Assembly: GCF_009914755.1 (NCBI RefSeq)
Contig: NC_060929.1
Source of the DNA: the human T2T-CHM13v2.0 reference genome, Homo sapiens
DNA length: 64,000 nt
Strand: one strand, 5' to 3'
Below are positions 14,095-28,491 of the stretch, piece after piece; the stretch's first letter is position 1, and each line of letters opens with the position of its first letter. The translations under genes and the position numbers were made by a program. The notes below the pieces were generated by a model. It did no database searches, had not been told where the DNA came from, and saw only the letters and a program-made list of their open reading frames with translations.

Positions 14095-14467
14095 TTGCTA
14101 GGGCTGTCAGGACAAAGTATTACAGACAGAATGCTTAAACAACAGGACTTTATTTCCTCACAGTTCTGGAGTCTAAAAGTCTGCCACGAAGGTGTCAGCA
14201 GGGTTGGTTTCTGCAGAGGCCTCTCTCCTTGGCTTGCAGACGGCTACCTTCTCACCGTGTCCTCACGCCGTCTTTCCTTTTGTACCTGTCTGTGTCCTAA
14301 TATCCTCTTATAAGGACAACAGTTATTTTGGATTAGGGCCCACCGTGATGGCCTTAACTTAATCACCTCTTTAAACTTCCTATCTCCAAATACAGTCACA
14401 TTCTGAGGTACTAGGGGTTGGGGATTCAACACAGGAATTTTGAGGGGACACGACTCAGCCCATAACG
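14095..14467 (-). mobile_element. MLT1A-like LTR
   Basis: gcttaaacaacagga.tttatttcctcacagttctggag..tctcttataaggacaac..ggattagggccc..ggggacacgactcagcccataac. Confidence 0.88.
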
Positions 14468-14859
14468 GAAAGAAAGAAACAAACAGAAACAGATAATCCG
14501 TATTGGCTCTTGCCAATGTGTGGGTGCCGTAGTGACGGGACAGTGGCTCAAGGACCCAAAACCGTGCACAAATGCAACTGACAACATGGAAAGATCAGGA
14601 GATCTTCCATGAAACCTTGGCTTTTCCTTTCCTCTTGACAATAGAACCCTGGGTTAGCATTAAGACTGAGTGGAGCCTATTTTCAGGGTGTGTTCACTGT
14701 GTGGTCCCCCACACTGACCGCCGGCCCCCTCTCACACCACTGTCACCTGCCCAGGACCTTCAGGGAGCTGAGCTGGAGACCCAGCTGTGGGAGGAAAGCG
14801 TGTGTCTCAGTCCTGGCTGGCTGGGCTGGAAAGGCAGTGTTCAGAGGACTTGGGGATGT

Positions 14860-15090
14860 GGACAGCACAGTGAGGGAAAGCTGGGACTTAGGCAGACCTG
14901 GGTTTGAATCGAAGCTCTGCCATCTGCAAGTTGTGTGTGACTCTGGGTATGTGGTTACCCCTCTGGGAGCCTCAGTTTTACCTCTGTGAGATGGGCACAG
15001 TGATGCCTACTGCCCAGAGCTGCGTTAGAATTGAGTCAAATGAAGTAGTTGATGCCAAGGAGCCTGGCACATGGAAGGCCCTCAGTCAGT
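14860..15090 (+). mobile_element. MIR SINE
   Basis: cagacctgggtttgaatc..gtgtgactctggg..gagcctcagttttacctctgtgagatggg. Confidence 0.75.
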
Positions 15091-15929
15091 GCCAGTCCCC
15101 AAGTCCACCGCAGCCTCAGTAGATTTCTTCAGGCGTGGAGCTCACTTGAGCACTGTTTCTTTCTCATCCTTTCCCCTCCTCAGTGCTCAGCAGGGGAACC
15201 ACATCTTCAGACGGCCTTTAAAAGTCAACACATTCAGTGGGTGGCAGTGGGTGAGTTCTGGGCTCAGACTCAGGAATTTGAGATGCATCCAGCTCCAGCT
15301 TTGCAAAATATCTCCATAACCTTAGGCAAGCGGTTTCCTCTCCTGTCCTCACTTCCCCTGTCAGGGGAGCAAGGGCAGCAGGGGCGCCGTGGCTGGGGCC
15401 ACAGTGGGGAACGGGAGCCGAGACTTGCTGAATGTTCCCAGAGGCTGAGTGCTCTGTGTGCACCCGGCCTGTGGCAGGTTGTCGCCAAAAAGGCCCCATC
15501 CCTGCTTCAACATCACGGCAAGCTAGGCATGAAGAGTGGGCTCGTGCCCCTTATCTGTAGAGGGAAGCTGAGGCTCCAACAGGCCCGAGTCACACCAATT
15601 GGAGAAAGAAGGAATTTGACCCAGGACTGTCTCAGTAGAGTCTTTAACTCTCCCTCCACAAGGCCACCTACCGAGAGGAAGGGCAGGGCCACCAGGAGCT
15701 CCATTTATGGGAGGTCTGTTGGGCTCTTCCGGGTTGATTTTCATTGACCCAGCTGCCAGAGTTTCTGGAATGAGTTTAGGAGTAAGCATTCTGTGTCTCC
15801 CTAAGGAGAGGCGAGTCTGTTTTTGGAGGAATTTGGGTCTGGAGAGGACACTGGTACATATGGGTAATCGAACAAAATCCTTTGATTCTGAACCAGTCCT
15901 TCAGAGTACATCCATGGGTTAATGCAGAG

Positions 15930-16700
15930 TTTTTCATTCATTCACTCATTCAGTCCTGCATTTACTGATTCATTTATTTCTTCAAGATGTATTTATTGAG
16001 TGCCTACTAGTAGTGCCAGGCAGAGGGCTAGTGAATAGTGCCAGGCGGGAGCTTGGAAAGAACAAAACTGAGCCCCTGCCTTTTAGGAGCTTCACAGGTG
16101 AGGGGGCACGGTGACGGCATTAAACCCATCATGTGGCATTGGGTGCTAAAAGGAACCAGACAGCAAGGTGAAGAGATGGGGAGTCCCAAGGAAGTGCAGG
16201 GGAGAGCAGCCTCCACATAACAGGGAAGGAAGGGGCAGCTCTGTCCCGGTGGCCATAGCAGAGACCGGGATGAATGGAGGAGACACCTGTGGCTGTGTGG
16301 GAAGGGTGTGCCGGGTACAGGAAACAGAAGGTGCAGAGTCTCCGAGGCGTGGATAAGAAGCAGGTGGTGAGGTCTTTGTAGGGCCAGGTGAGGGCTTTGG
16401 ATTTTATTCCATGTGAATGAGATGGAAGCCACTGGAGAGCTCAGAGCAGGAAACAGACAGGATCTAACTTCGACTTTAAAAGGACCACTCTGTCAACCTC
16501 GTGGAGAGTGCAGCCAGGAGGTCCCTGGAGCCACTGGCTTGGCCCAGCCATGGTGATAACATGGCTGGCACAGAAAGGGCATGTAGGGGAGTAGTGGTCA
16601 GGCTGGAGGTGGGGCGGCTGCCTTTGAAGACCAAGTGGCTTGGGACAGGAGAGAGGGCATTGAGGTGGAAGTGTGGCTTCGGCCTGAGCACCAGGAAGGG
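15930..16700 (-). mobile_element. L2 LINE 3' fragment
   Basis: ttcattcattcactcattc tail; tatttattgagtgcctactag; ggctttggattttattcc..ggaagccactggagag. Confidence 0.78.
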
Positions 16701-17829
16701 TGGAGGTGCCAGCTTCAGAGGTTGGGTCTGGTCTGGCCTCTGCGTTGCCAGCCCATGTGCCTGGCACTCATGTCTGCCTTATTCAGTCCTCACACAGCTC
16801 TACAGGTGGAGATCACTAGCATCTGTTTACTTTATAAGACACTGCAAAGGAGAAGCGACACTGGGCTTCGGGCGGGAGCTGGGAGCAGAGCCTCGCAGAT
16901 GAGCACTAACTATGTGGGCATCCGCTGTCCTGTCCGCGCTCCCTGGGATCCAGGCCTGCTGCGTGCAGAACCTCCGTCAGTCCTCAATACTGGTGTAGGG
17001 GCTGGCGCTGTGCCCAGCTCAAAAGTGGGAAAGCCAAGCTCAGGAACTGGATATGCGCTGCCTGGCTGTGGCCTCCTGTATTGATAGCCTCCTTCCAGGG
17101 GGACAGCAATGGATACCAAGAGCTTTGCTAGGGAATGAACACCGCCTAAGCACGGGTAAAGCTCAGGGCGCCCCTGCTGCAGCTGGACATGGGACAGCCT
17201 CTCCCCGGACAAGTCCTTGCCATGCTGAACCGCTGCCTGTCAACAAGCAGCCATCTCTGTTGCTCCCCAACATGAGCCCATGAGTGACCCAATATCTCCT
17301 TTGTGAGTGTGTGCCTGTGTGTGAGTGTATGCCTGTGTGTGTATGTGTGTGTGGTGGTGGGACATTAGAAAGGTGCCCTGCCTACCCTCCCAAATGCCAG
17401 ATCCTGCCGGGTAAAAGTGTTTGTAGCCACAGGAGAAAACTGAGGCTGCATCAGCCCTCCCTTCACAGGCTGTGAGCCCATCTGGGCAAAGCCTGGGCGT
17501 TCACGAAACACCATTGCCCAGGGCCTGGCCTACATTTGGAGTGTGACAAGCATGAGTTGAATGAAGACATCAATGGATTGTTTATTTGTTTTGAAGGATT
17601 TCGTATTCGCTGTGTTACTGGATCTCACAATAACTCTGAGGTAGTCAGTGCAAGTCACATTTTACAGGGGCTCAGAGAGGGGATGCTGAGCTTGAGCAGC
17701 CTGCCACGGTGTGCAGGCAGGGCTGGGGAGGGCAGCTCAGACCCCGTTGCAGGCTCCAGACCCTCTTCTCTCTTCATTGTCGCTTCTGTGCCAAATGAGG
17801 AAGGGGAGTCTCATGGCATTATTGAGGCC

Positions 17830-18195
17830 AGGATTCAAGGCCCTGCTTGTCCCCCACTCACTGTGTAGCCTTGGGACAGCGCCTTCCCTTCTGTGTCCCT
17901 CAGTGTTAACTCTAAAATGGAAAATTATAGTTCATACCTCAGAGGATGAGCACAAATATTAACGAGACACTAAACACACTGTGTTAAATAATAACAGGAG
18001 CTGCCGTTCCTGGGGGATCACCAGGTGCCAGGCACCTTTCTAAGCTCAATCAAGTGCATAAGTGCATCGAGTCAGTTAATCATCTCAAATCCATGTGAAG
18101 TTGATACTGCTGTGTGTCCCGTTTTACAGATGAGGAAACTGAGGCTAGTGGGGTATTAACTTCTCACACTGCTTGTAAGTATCAGAGCCAGTTGG
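17830..18195. mobile_element. Two MIR fragments in opposite orientations
   Basis: tgtgtagccttggg..ctctaaaatgg (sense) then gttttacagatgaggaaactgaggct (antisense). Confidence 0.65.
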
Positions 18196-18602
18196 CCTGT
18201 ATGGTAACGTGCTGAGTGTCTTATTGTTATCTTATCCCCGCTCTTCAAATCCATGCTTTTTGGGTGTAAGGATGCTAAGGTTTGATTCCTCCCTCTCCCC
18301 CATCTCCACCCCCCAGGGAGGGGTCCCAGGGCCCTGAGGGCTGAGACACTGCCTGCTCACTGCTGAGACTGGAAGCTCTTCCCAACTGTTCCTGGCTGGG
18401 CAGACGCCTTGCCTGGGGCAACACTGCTCTCCAGTGGCAAGGATGCAGCATAGCGTGACTCAGGCTGCAAAGACCACAGTATCCTTGGGAAAGGATGTTA
18501 TTCCCCGCCAGGGGCCAGAGACCCCTGGAAAATTAGAGCTGAAAGGTCTCCTGTGTGCTCTAAAATTATCTGTGCCCATGCATTTCCCGGTACAAAGAGT
18601 AA

Positions 18603-18770
18603 GCAGGTGATAAAGGTTTAACAACGGGCTCTTGAGGGGAGCATTTGCCAACTTCCTCGGTGCAAATGCTACCAACGTGGCCAGTTTCAAAGAACCAACG
18701 CGAGGTCACTGAACACAGAGTTCACAAGAGATGCTCACAGTCAGCTTACAGCTCCAGCCCCAGCACCACC
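18603..18770. mobile_element. MER63-like hAT DNA transposon
   Basis: tttaacaacgggctct..tttgccaacttcctcggtgcaaat..ggccagtttcaa..gtcactgaac..gagatgctcaca..gctccagc resembles recalled MER63A. Confidence 0.65.
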
Positions 18771-18791
18771 CACATTGAGAGTCCACCCACA

Positions 18792-18948
18792 TTAGAAAAC
18801 TTGGCGGTGCTCCCTAAATAGCTAGCAAATGAAAGACTGAATCAGTAAGCTCGTGAGGGAGAGAGGAAGGAAAGAAGGAAGGAAGGAAAGAAGGGAGGGA
18901 GGGAGGAAGGAAGGGAGGGAGGGAGGAAGGAAGGGAGGGAGGGAAGAA
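18792..18948 (+). repeat. Left arm of inverted duplication (69-bp L2-tail-like segment plus GGAA/GGGA tract)
   Basis: 18792-18860 is the reverse complement of 21940-22008 at 67/69 positions. Confidence 0.93.
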
Positions 18949-18989
18949 CTCATTGTTCTTGGGCCTCAGATCTCACCAGGCTTGAGGTT

Positions 18990-20515
18990 AAGCTTCCTAA
19001 ATATTTTTTGCTCTCATACATACATTGACATCTATTCATTTTGTTTGTTTTGCTTTTTTGACAAAAAGCAAGGTGGTGCCTCATGAATTTCTCTGTAACT
19101 TGCTGTTTCTGCTTAAGGATCATGGCCATCTCTTTAGGTCAGCCCAGGCAGAAGCTGCATGCTCTGTAACAGGTGCATGACTATGCACTTGAGGGAATAA
19201 TTCGATTTGCTCAACCACATCCCACTCAAGACCGTTTGGACGACTTCTACCTTTTCTGTTTCCCCATTCAGTGCTGAACTATGCATCTTCATACTCATAT
19301 TTTTAAATCTAAAGAAGAGATTTTGAAGAGTGAGGTTATTGGACCAAAAGGTGTTTGTGGATGTATAATAAATATTTCCAGAATTCCTTGCAAGATGGTT
19401 GTAGCAATTAGCACTCCCACACCAGTGTATGAGAATGACATTTTCCCCACGTCAGAGATGACCCACTCTTGTTGAGTCTAATGAGTGAAAACAATATTGC
19501 ATTTTTAAAATGTTGCATTTCCCTGTGACAAGTAAGATGAATTTGTCTTTGCATATACTTTGCCCATTTTAGATGATATTTTTTGCCTTTTACTTATCAA
19601 TTTATAGGAGCTCTTCATATACTGAAAAATATTAACTCTGTTGGTCTTATATGCAATGTTTCCCCTCAAATCTTTTGACTGTATTTATGGTTTCTTTGCT
19701 ATACAAAAATTTAACTATATTGCAAAGTCAGCCATTTCTCCTATTTCTTAAGGCAGCTAGGTTTCCTGTCTTGCCTAAGAAGATTCTCTCCATCCAATGT
19801 TTTCCTAAAATGCTTTGTTATTTTTCACTTTGCTTTTTACATTTTGATTCTTAATTCACTTTGAATCTTTTAAAAAATGTTGTGATTAATATAGCCCAGT
19901 TTAGGTTTTCTTCCAGATATACAATACCATTTATTTCTCACTAAAATAAAATGGCACTATGACTATTACACTTCCATGTGAACTTGCATATGTTTCTCAA
20001 TATTCTATCCTGTATCATTGTTCTCTTGTGGTTCATTGCCCTGTTTCATCTTTGTCATCTGTTGTGTTGGTTTTTTTTTTTGTTATTTGTTTGTTTCTGC
20101 GGTAATGCCACATGGTTTTTATTATGGTAGCTTTACAGTAAGTTTAGGTATTTTCCCTCCTCACGAATATATTGCATTGTTTTGACATTTGTTCTTCCAT
20201 AGGAACTCAAAAATGTATTCCTTTTCAAAACTGTTGGGATCCTAACTAAAATTGGATTGAATGTATGTGTTAATTTGGCAAGAATGAACATTTTTGTGGT
20301 TTTCCATCTTCCTATTCAGTAGTCTAAAATTTCTCTTGGCTTATCTCAATAACACAGGTAGCTTTATTCATACAGGTGGTGTATTAGTTGTATTAACTCT
20401 GTGGTTAGATACTTTATAATTTATCTTTGAAGTAAATAATTTCATTTCTGTGTTTCCTTTTTTATTTTGCTTCTAAATGGTTAGTGCTGATGCAGAGAAA
20501 AGCCATTGATTTCAT
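18990..20515 (-). mobile_element. Old L1M (L1ME-like) fragment
   Basis: AT-rich antisense L1 text: cactcccacaccagtgtatgagaat; ttgcatttccctg; ggattgaatgtatgtgttaatttgg. Confidence 0.75.
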
Positions 20516-21438
20516 CAGGACCTTCAAAGAAAGGCATAACTGAGGAGATTTGTTTCCCAAATCTTAGCTCAAGTCAATGTGAGGAGAACTGGGCTTCAAC
20601 TGCGTCCAGTTGGTGATGACAGTAGAGATCACTGGCTGGCTCCCATGGCCCCTTGGGCAGCAGGCAGCCTCCTCCCAGCCGGGCCCTCTTCAGGTCCTCG
20701 CACGGCCCACTCAGGAGACAGCATGATCAAGGGTCAGCTTGGCTGAGTGGGTGAGGCATCCAACTGACCGCTCGCTGTGCGCTGGGTTCCTACGGCCAAG
20801 TACCCTGACTCACTCCACCTGTTCTTCCATCTATAAACCAGGGATCATAAACCTTGACTCCATGAGTTTCACACAGCATAGGAGCCCAATAAAGTTCCCT
20901 TTCTCTTTCACCTCCCTTAATCAAACTATATCTGATCATTCACTAGCACCCATATCTACCCTTCTGCAGTTCGCCATCCCTGTAAATTGACAAGTCCTTG
21001 GGGTATATTCAGAGGCCCCTGTGTTGAAGGGGAGGATGCCTTCCCTCTGCACCTGCTGCTGGCATCGGAATGGAATTGGAGTTCTCAGAATCACTGTCTC
21101 CTACTCATCAGCCGCAGGGTTGCCCTCTGAAACTGAGTGAGTGCAGAACTGGTTTCCAGGACAGTGGACGTCCTGACTTCCTAGCAACAACAGGTCTCTC
21201 CTGACGAATGCCTCTTGTTTGCAGGCCCCTGATGGACAGCTGTGAGAGGACACCACCTGCATCCGGCTGCCGATCTTGTCAATCCACATTCCCTGAAATG
21301 ACTTTGGCTTCTCTCCTTGCCCTTGTGGGGCCCAGATAAAGCTTACAGTGGCTTCAGGAGAGTGCATTGTCTCCCTGCCTGTTGGAAGAGGCTGGAACGA
21401 CTCGGGGGTCTCAACCATGTTGGCTGCTACTACTGTGA

Positions 21439-21945
21439 TTCCTTCCTTCCTCCCTCCCTCCCTCCTTCTCTCCCTCCCTCCCTCCCTCCTTCTCTCCCTC
21501 CCTTCCTTCCTTCCTCCCTCCCTCCCCCTTCCTTCCTTCCTTCCTTCCTTCCTTCCTTCCTTCCTTCCTTCCTCCCTCCCTCCCTCCTTCTCTCCCTCCC
21601 TCCCTCCTTCTCTCCCTCCCTTCCTTCCTTCCTCCCTCCCTCCCCCTTCCTTCCTTCCTTCATTCCTTCCTTCTTCCCTCCCTCCCTCCTTCTCTCCCTC
21701 CCTCCCTCCTTCTCTCCCTCCCTCCCTCCTTCTCTCCCTCCCTCCCTCCTTCTCTCCCTCCCTTCCTTCCTTCCTCCCTCCCTCCCCCTTCCTTCCTTCC
21801 ATCATTCCTTCCTTCTTCCCTCCCTCCCTCCTTCCCTCCCTCCTTTCCTTCCTTCCTTCCTCCCCCCTTCCTTCTTCCTTCCTCCCTCCCTCCCTCCCTC
21901 CCTTCTTTCCTTCCTTTCTTCCTTCTTTCCTTCCTTCTTTCCCTC
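21439..21945. repeat. ~500-bp polypyrimidine (CCTT/CCCT) tract with higher-order units
   Basis: Almost pure C/T; 20-mer cctccctccttctctccctc occurs four times in tandem at 21681-21760. Confidence 0.95.
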
Positions 21946-22008
21946 ATGAGCTTACTGATTCAGTCTTTCATTTGCTAGCTATTTAGGGAGCACCGCCAAG
22001 TATTCTAA
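21940..22008 (-). repeat. Right arm of inverted duplication (L2 3'-end-like)
   Basis: tccctcatgagcttactgattcagtctttcatttgctagctatttagggagcaccgccaagtattctaa is the reverse complement of 18792-18860. Confidence 0.93.
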
Positions 22009-22032
22009 GCCCTAGATGAGACACAAAGGGAT

Positions 22033-22080
22033 TGTATTAGTCAGGTTTCTTCAGAAAAACAGAACCAATAGGAGAAATGT

Positions 22081-22121
<41 letters not shown>

Positions 22122-22568
22122 CAGATAGATAGATAGATGAGGGTTTTTTTTTAAAATAGGAATTACTCACAAGGCTATGGAGGTCAAGAAATCCCACTAA
22201 TCCGCAAGTGGAGAATCAAGAAAGCTTGTGGGGTCATTCAGACTGAGTCTGAAAGCCTGAGAATCCGGGGGCTGATGGGGATCAGCCCTGGTCTGAATCT
22301 GCAAGCCTGGGAGCCGGGAGCACCGATGTCTGAGGGCAGGAGAAGACAGATGCCCCCACTCAAACAAGGAGAGCAAATGTACCCTTCGACTTTTTTCTCT
22401 TTGGTCTCTCAACAGTGCGGATGGTACCTAACCATATTATTCAGCCTATTGATTCAAATGCTCATCTGCCCCAGAGACACCCTCTCAGACATGCCCAGAA
22501 ATAATGCATCCCAGCTATCTGGGCATCCCTGGGCTCAGTCAAGTTGACACGTAAAATTCATCATCACG
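22033..22568 (-). mobile_element. MLT2 (ERVL) solo LTR
   Basis: Termini tgtattagtcagg.. and ..gtcaagttgacacgtaaaattcatcatcac match antisense MLT2 ends; near-TSD gggat/ggggt. Confidence 0.9.
22082..22137. repeat. Tetranucleotide STR (TAGA)10(CAGA)(TAGA)3 within the MLT2 LTR
   Basis: Counted directly. Confidence 0.95.
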
Positions 22569-23249
22569 GGGGTGGAACCTTGAACGGTTCATCACAATAG
22601 ATATTTGTCAGCCTAAGGAATGAACATCAACGTTCATACCCCCCAGGGAAGCACAGCAGAGCTGGTGGGCCAGGAATTGGACCTCCCAAGTCACTGGTTG
22701 GGGAGAAACTAAGGGTGAGCTGAGCCCCTGGAGAAGGAGGTGAGGGCAATAGTGAGAATGAAGGTGCTGATGGAGGCAGAGTGGCAGGTGTGGAAGTCAG
22801 AGCTGAGGGTTCAGTTTATCACTGGCTGTGTGACCTTGGGCAGGTAACTTTGCTTCCTTGTGTCTCTGTTTTGTTATCTGTACAGTCAGGCAAAGCTGTG
22901 TGAAAAGGGCCTGGCTCAGAACTGCACTGGTGGTGGAGACGAACCACTGACATGCTTTCCCACAGCGCAGGTGTGAATAATCATGGCTTTCCTCTCACTC
23001 TTCCCAGCTGAGTTTCTGAGGGCAACCCTGCAGCTGCCAGGGTTCCTTCTACTTCCTCCCCAGACAGGCATGTTTTCTTTCTCTGGGGTTGGTAGGACTC
23101 TATCTGTGTTTTATGTGCAGATAACCCTATTGTTCCTGGCACCATGGATCCTCTTTCTGGTTTTGCCTTGCTGATGTGGATATTTCTTAATTTTTATATC
23201 CATTATTATTTTGCTTAGATTTTGGAAGGGTGTGGAAAGTCTAAGTACC

Positions 23250-24680
<1,431 letters not shown>

Positions 24681-25244
24681 CAGCCCAGGATTTCTGCCTG
24701 GACATTAACTGATATCCCGGTTCTCCTTCGGTGATCGTCATGCTGGTAGCAACATCAACGTCCACATGGTTGGGAAGGTGATGAATTTGAGCATCTTTCT
24801 CTACTCCTTCCTCCTTCACACCCTTCCTTCCATACTCCTCTCATTCCACTGCCTATTGATGTCCAGACTATATCTCCTTCTTTTCGTCTCTAATCCACCA
24901 TTCACACACATCCTGTGGTGGAAGGGGAAGAGAGTGCCAGGAAGGCACACCTGAGTCAGAGGAGCTGGCAGGAGTCACTTCAGCCTGCATTTGTTTCAAG
25001 GGTGAGGACCCGTCAGGTGGCCGGCCCTGGAAGCAAGGCAGGCTGGGAAATGTAGTCCTCAGCTGGGCAACTGTCTCCATGGAAACAAGGCCACTTGTGG
25101 AGGCTGGTGTATGAGGTCATATGTGCAGAGAGCTTAGAAGTGTGGTTGGCTCCTAAGTGATGCGTGCACTGAGGGTGCAGAAGCAGCAGAGGGGAACCTG
25201 CTGGAGCTTTGGCAGGGGTGGAGGGAAGTGGCGGCACGCTGCCG

Positions 25245-26457
25245 TGGCCATCGTTGGATTCTTCAGTGTCACCATGTACTTGTTGCTTTAAAAAATACAG
25301 ATGCTAGTTTCACTTAAGAATGTCCCTGACAAAGCTGTATGAATTAATTTTATTCAGTCTCAACTCTTGCATACACAACTTTTTGTGACAAAATGGAAGC
25401 TGTGCATGAAGCACTTTTGCTTCATAGCTGTCTTGAGGAAAAACACGAGCAATTTCTTCGGCTGAACTCACCACTTTTTTATGGACAACCATTTCACCTG
25501 AAAGTACAAGTGGCAAATGATTCAGACTTGAGTATTTAGTAGACATTTTCTTGAAAGCAGGTGAAGTAAGCTTGTCGCTTCAAGGGGGAAAAAATGACAT
25601 TTGTTACCAAAGATAAAAATTTGATCTCTCAAGTCAAAATTAGAATTTCGGAAAATCTATATCCACTACTATGAGTTTGGCCATTTCCTAATAACTAAAC
25701 ACTCTTCTGATAAGACCTATGGTAACGTTAGTGGTCAGGATCTTTTGATATTTAAGATAAATGTGCTAACATTTGGAAGCTCAGCATGACTCAGTAAACC
25801 AATGTTTTCCAAATGACTGGTGCATGATGGTACAAAATCATGCATGAGGAAAGATCCATCCAAGAGAGAACAAAGGAGTTTATGTAACAGAGTAGAAAAT
25901 AATTCCATGATATGATTTCGGATTCCAGGTTGCAGCAAATCTGAAATCTAAAACCATTTGTCAATTTTGGGTCTCATATCAAAGAAGAATAGGCAATATT
26001 ATCTGAAAAAGACAATTAAAATACTCCCTTCATTTCCAACCACATATTTTTAAGAGACCAGATTTTCTTCATATACTAAAACCAATACATCTCAGCAGAT
26101 TGAAAGAGGAGCCCATATGAGAATCTAGCTGTCCTCTATTAAGACAGACATTAAAGACATTTGCATAAACAAAACACAATGGCATTTTTCTACTTTTTAT
26201 TGTTTTACCAAAAAAAGTTATTTTTTAATAAAAATATGTAATGGGTTTAAAGATGAGTTAAAATAAGTATTTTATACATTTATCAAGTTCAATTTATAAC
26301 CCAGTAAATATGGATAGACCTAACCCACATCAACAATAATGATAATTCAAACTCTAAATTGATAAATGTAATCAATAATAAACATAAATGTGTAAAAATA
26401 AGAAATAATAGGAAGAAGAATTTGTTAGGAATGAGACCAAAAAGTTTAAGAGCTATG
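25245..26457 (+). mobile_element. Charlie1-like hAT DNA transposon with decayed transposase
   Basis: 25524-25586 translates to RLEYLVDIFLKAGEVSLSLQG, matching the hAT LxYLxDIF..LSLQG motif; 3' end gagaccaaaaagtttaagagctatg resembles the Charlie1 terminus; many stops and frameshifts. Confidence 0.82.
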
Positions 26458-26929
26458 AATAAAACCACACTTGGCATTTTCCAGCTTGCCGCCTGCTTTC
26501 TAATTGGGACAGCGGTTGCATTGTCTCATCAGCAACTCACATTCCAGAAACTGATGGGAACTAATCGCACAGGGACCAGGCGCAGGTCACACAGCAAGAA
26601 CTCATTCCACAGGCACAGGCAGTGCCCCGAGCTCTGCCCATGGAGTTAGGTGTTATGCACGGGTGAAGAGCAATGTCGCCATCCACACAGACAGGAGAGG
26701 GGCAGGTGGAAAGGAAGTGCCAGTCACTAAGAATTGCTGACACTTATCAGGTGCCTACCAGGAAGCAGCCCCTTTGTCCTCATAAGGTGTTTTTCAGGTA
26801 CTTAGTTAAGGACTTACTCAATACCAGCCTTGTGCTGTGTTGGCACTAACCAGGGAGAGATGAGTTGGAGGGGGTGCGGCCTGTCTGCCGCTGTCTCCAG
26901 AGAAGCAGAAGGGCTGGGGGCTGGCTTCC

Positions 26930-27120
26930 TAGGTGATGGTGCCAGCTGCCTGGGTGCATATCCCTGTTCTGCCACCTGCTACTCTGTGAACCTCAACAGG
27001 TTGCTTATCTTCTCTGGGCTTCACTTTCCTCATCTGTAAAATGGGATAATGGTGAGGGTTAAATGCATTAACATACATAGCAAATCCCCTTAGGGCAATG
27101 CCTGGCATGAAAAGAGCATG
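26930..27120 (+). mobile_element. MIR SINE
   Basis: ctctgggcttcactttcctcatctgtaaaatgggataatggtgagggttaaatg. Confidence 0.78.
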
Positions 27121-27595
27121 ATGTGTTTGTTCTTGACTGACAGTTGTTTTTTCTGTCTTTCCACGTCTCCCCCGCCACCCCTGGCTTGCAGGCAAAGACT
27201 ATCTGCCACCACGGAGGCAGAAATGCCAGAGATTTATTTTCCTAGCCTCCCTTGGCCCATGTCTAGACAACGAGACCTGAGTGGGGGATCCACTGGATGG
27301 AAACCTCCTTTCTTTCTTGCCTTTAGTCACAGTTTTGTGAGGACATGGTGCTGGGGGCAGGGAACAGGTCACAAGATGTGGGTCTTCTGCCCACCATGGG
27401 AAGCCAAGAGAGTCACAGGGAAGCCGACCCAGGCCCTGGCAGTGCCAGTCTGATGAATTAACTGAGCCTGGGTTCAACTGGCTCCTGGCTATGATGTCAC
27501 AGCGAAAGCTGGGAGGTTGTACCATTTGCCTGAGGCCAGACATCTTGAAAGTGGTGGCATGAGATTTCAATCTGGGTCTCCAGGTCTGGGGACAT

Positions 27596-27677
27596 GGGCC
27601 AGATAAATATAGAATACTCATTTGAATTTGGCTTTAAATTTCAACTTATTTTTATTTGCTAAGCCTGGCAATCTTAT
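27596..27677. mobile_element. MER53-like hAT MITE, internally deleted
   Basis: gccagataaata..tttgaattt..ttttatttgctaagcctggcaatctta resembles the recalled MER53 ends. Confidence 0.5.
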
Positions 27678-27894
27678 AGAGTGAGGACCCTGCTTTTCTG
27701 TCACACAGCAAAGCTGCCCTGAATCCCCCCAGCATGCCAGCCACCTGCATATCAAGGGACAGAAATGGACCATGTGGTGGGCCGAGAGTGTCTTTCCCCA
27801 AGCTAGAGAGGACAGGAAAGTGACAAGCATGTCAGTTCATGCCACAGCTTCACCGGGGGTAAGTTCATTAACTTCGGAAACTCACTCTTCCTCA

Positions 27895-28491
<597 letters not shown>

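Noticed and set aside
21101-21986. ORFs of 210-234 aa
   Set aside because: Translations of the CT/GA microsatellite; the unique part (GMWIDKIGSRMQ..) resembles no protein I recognise.
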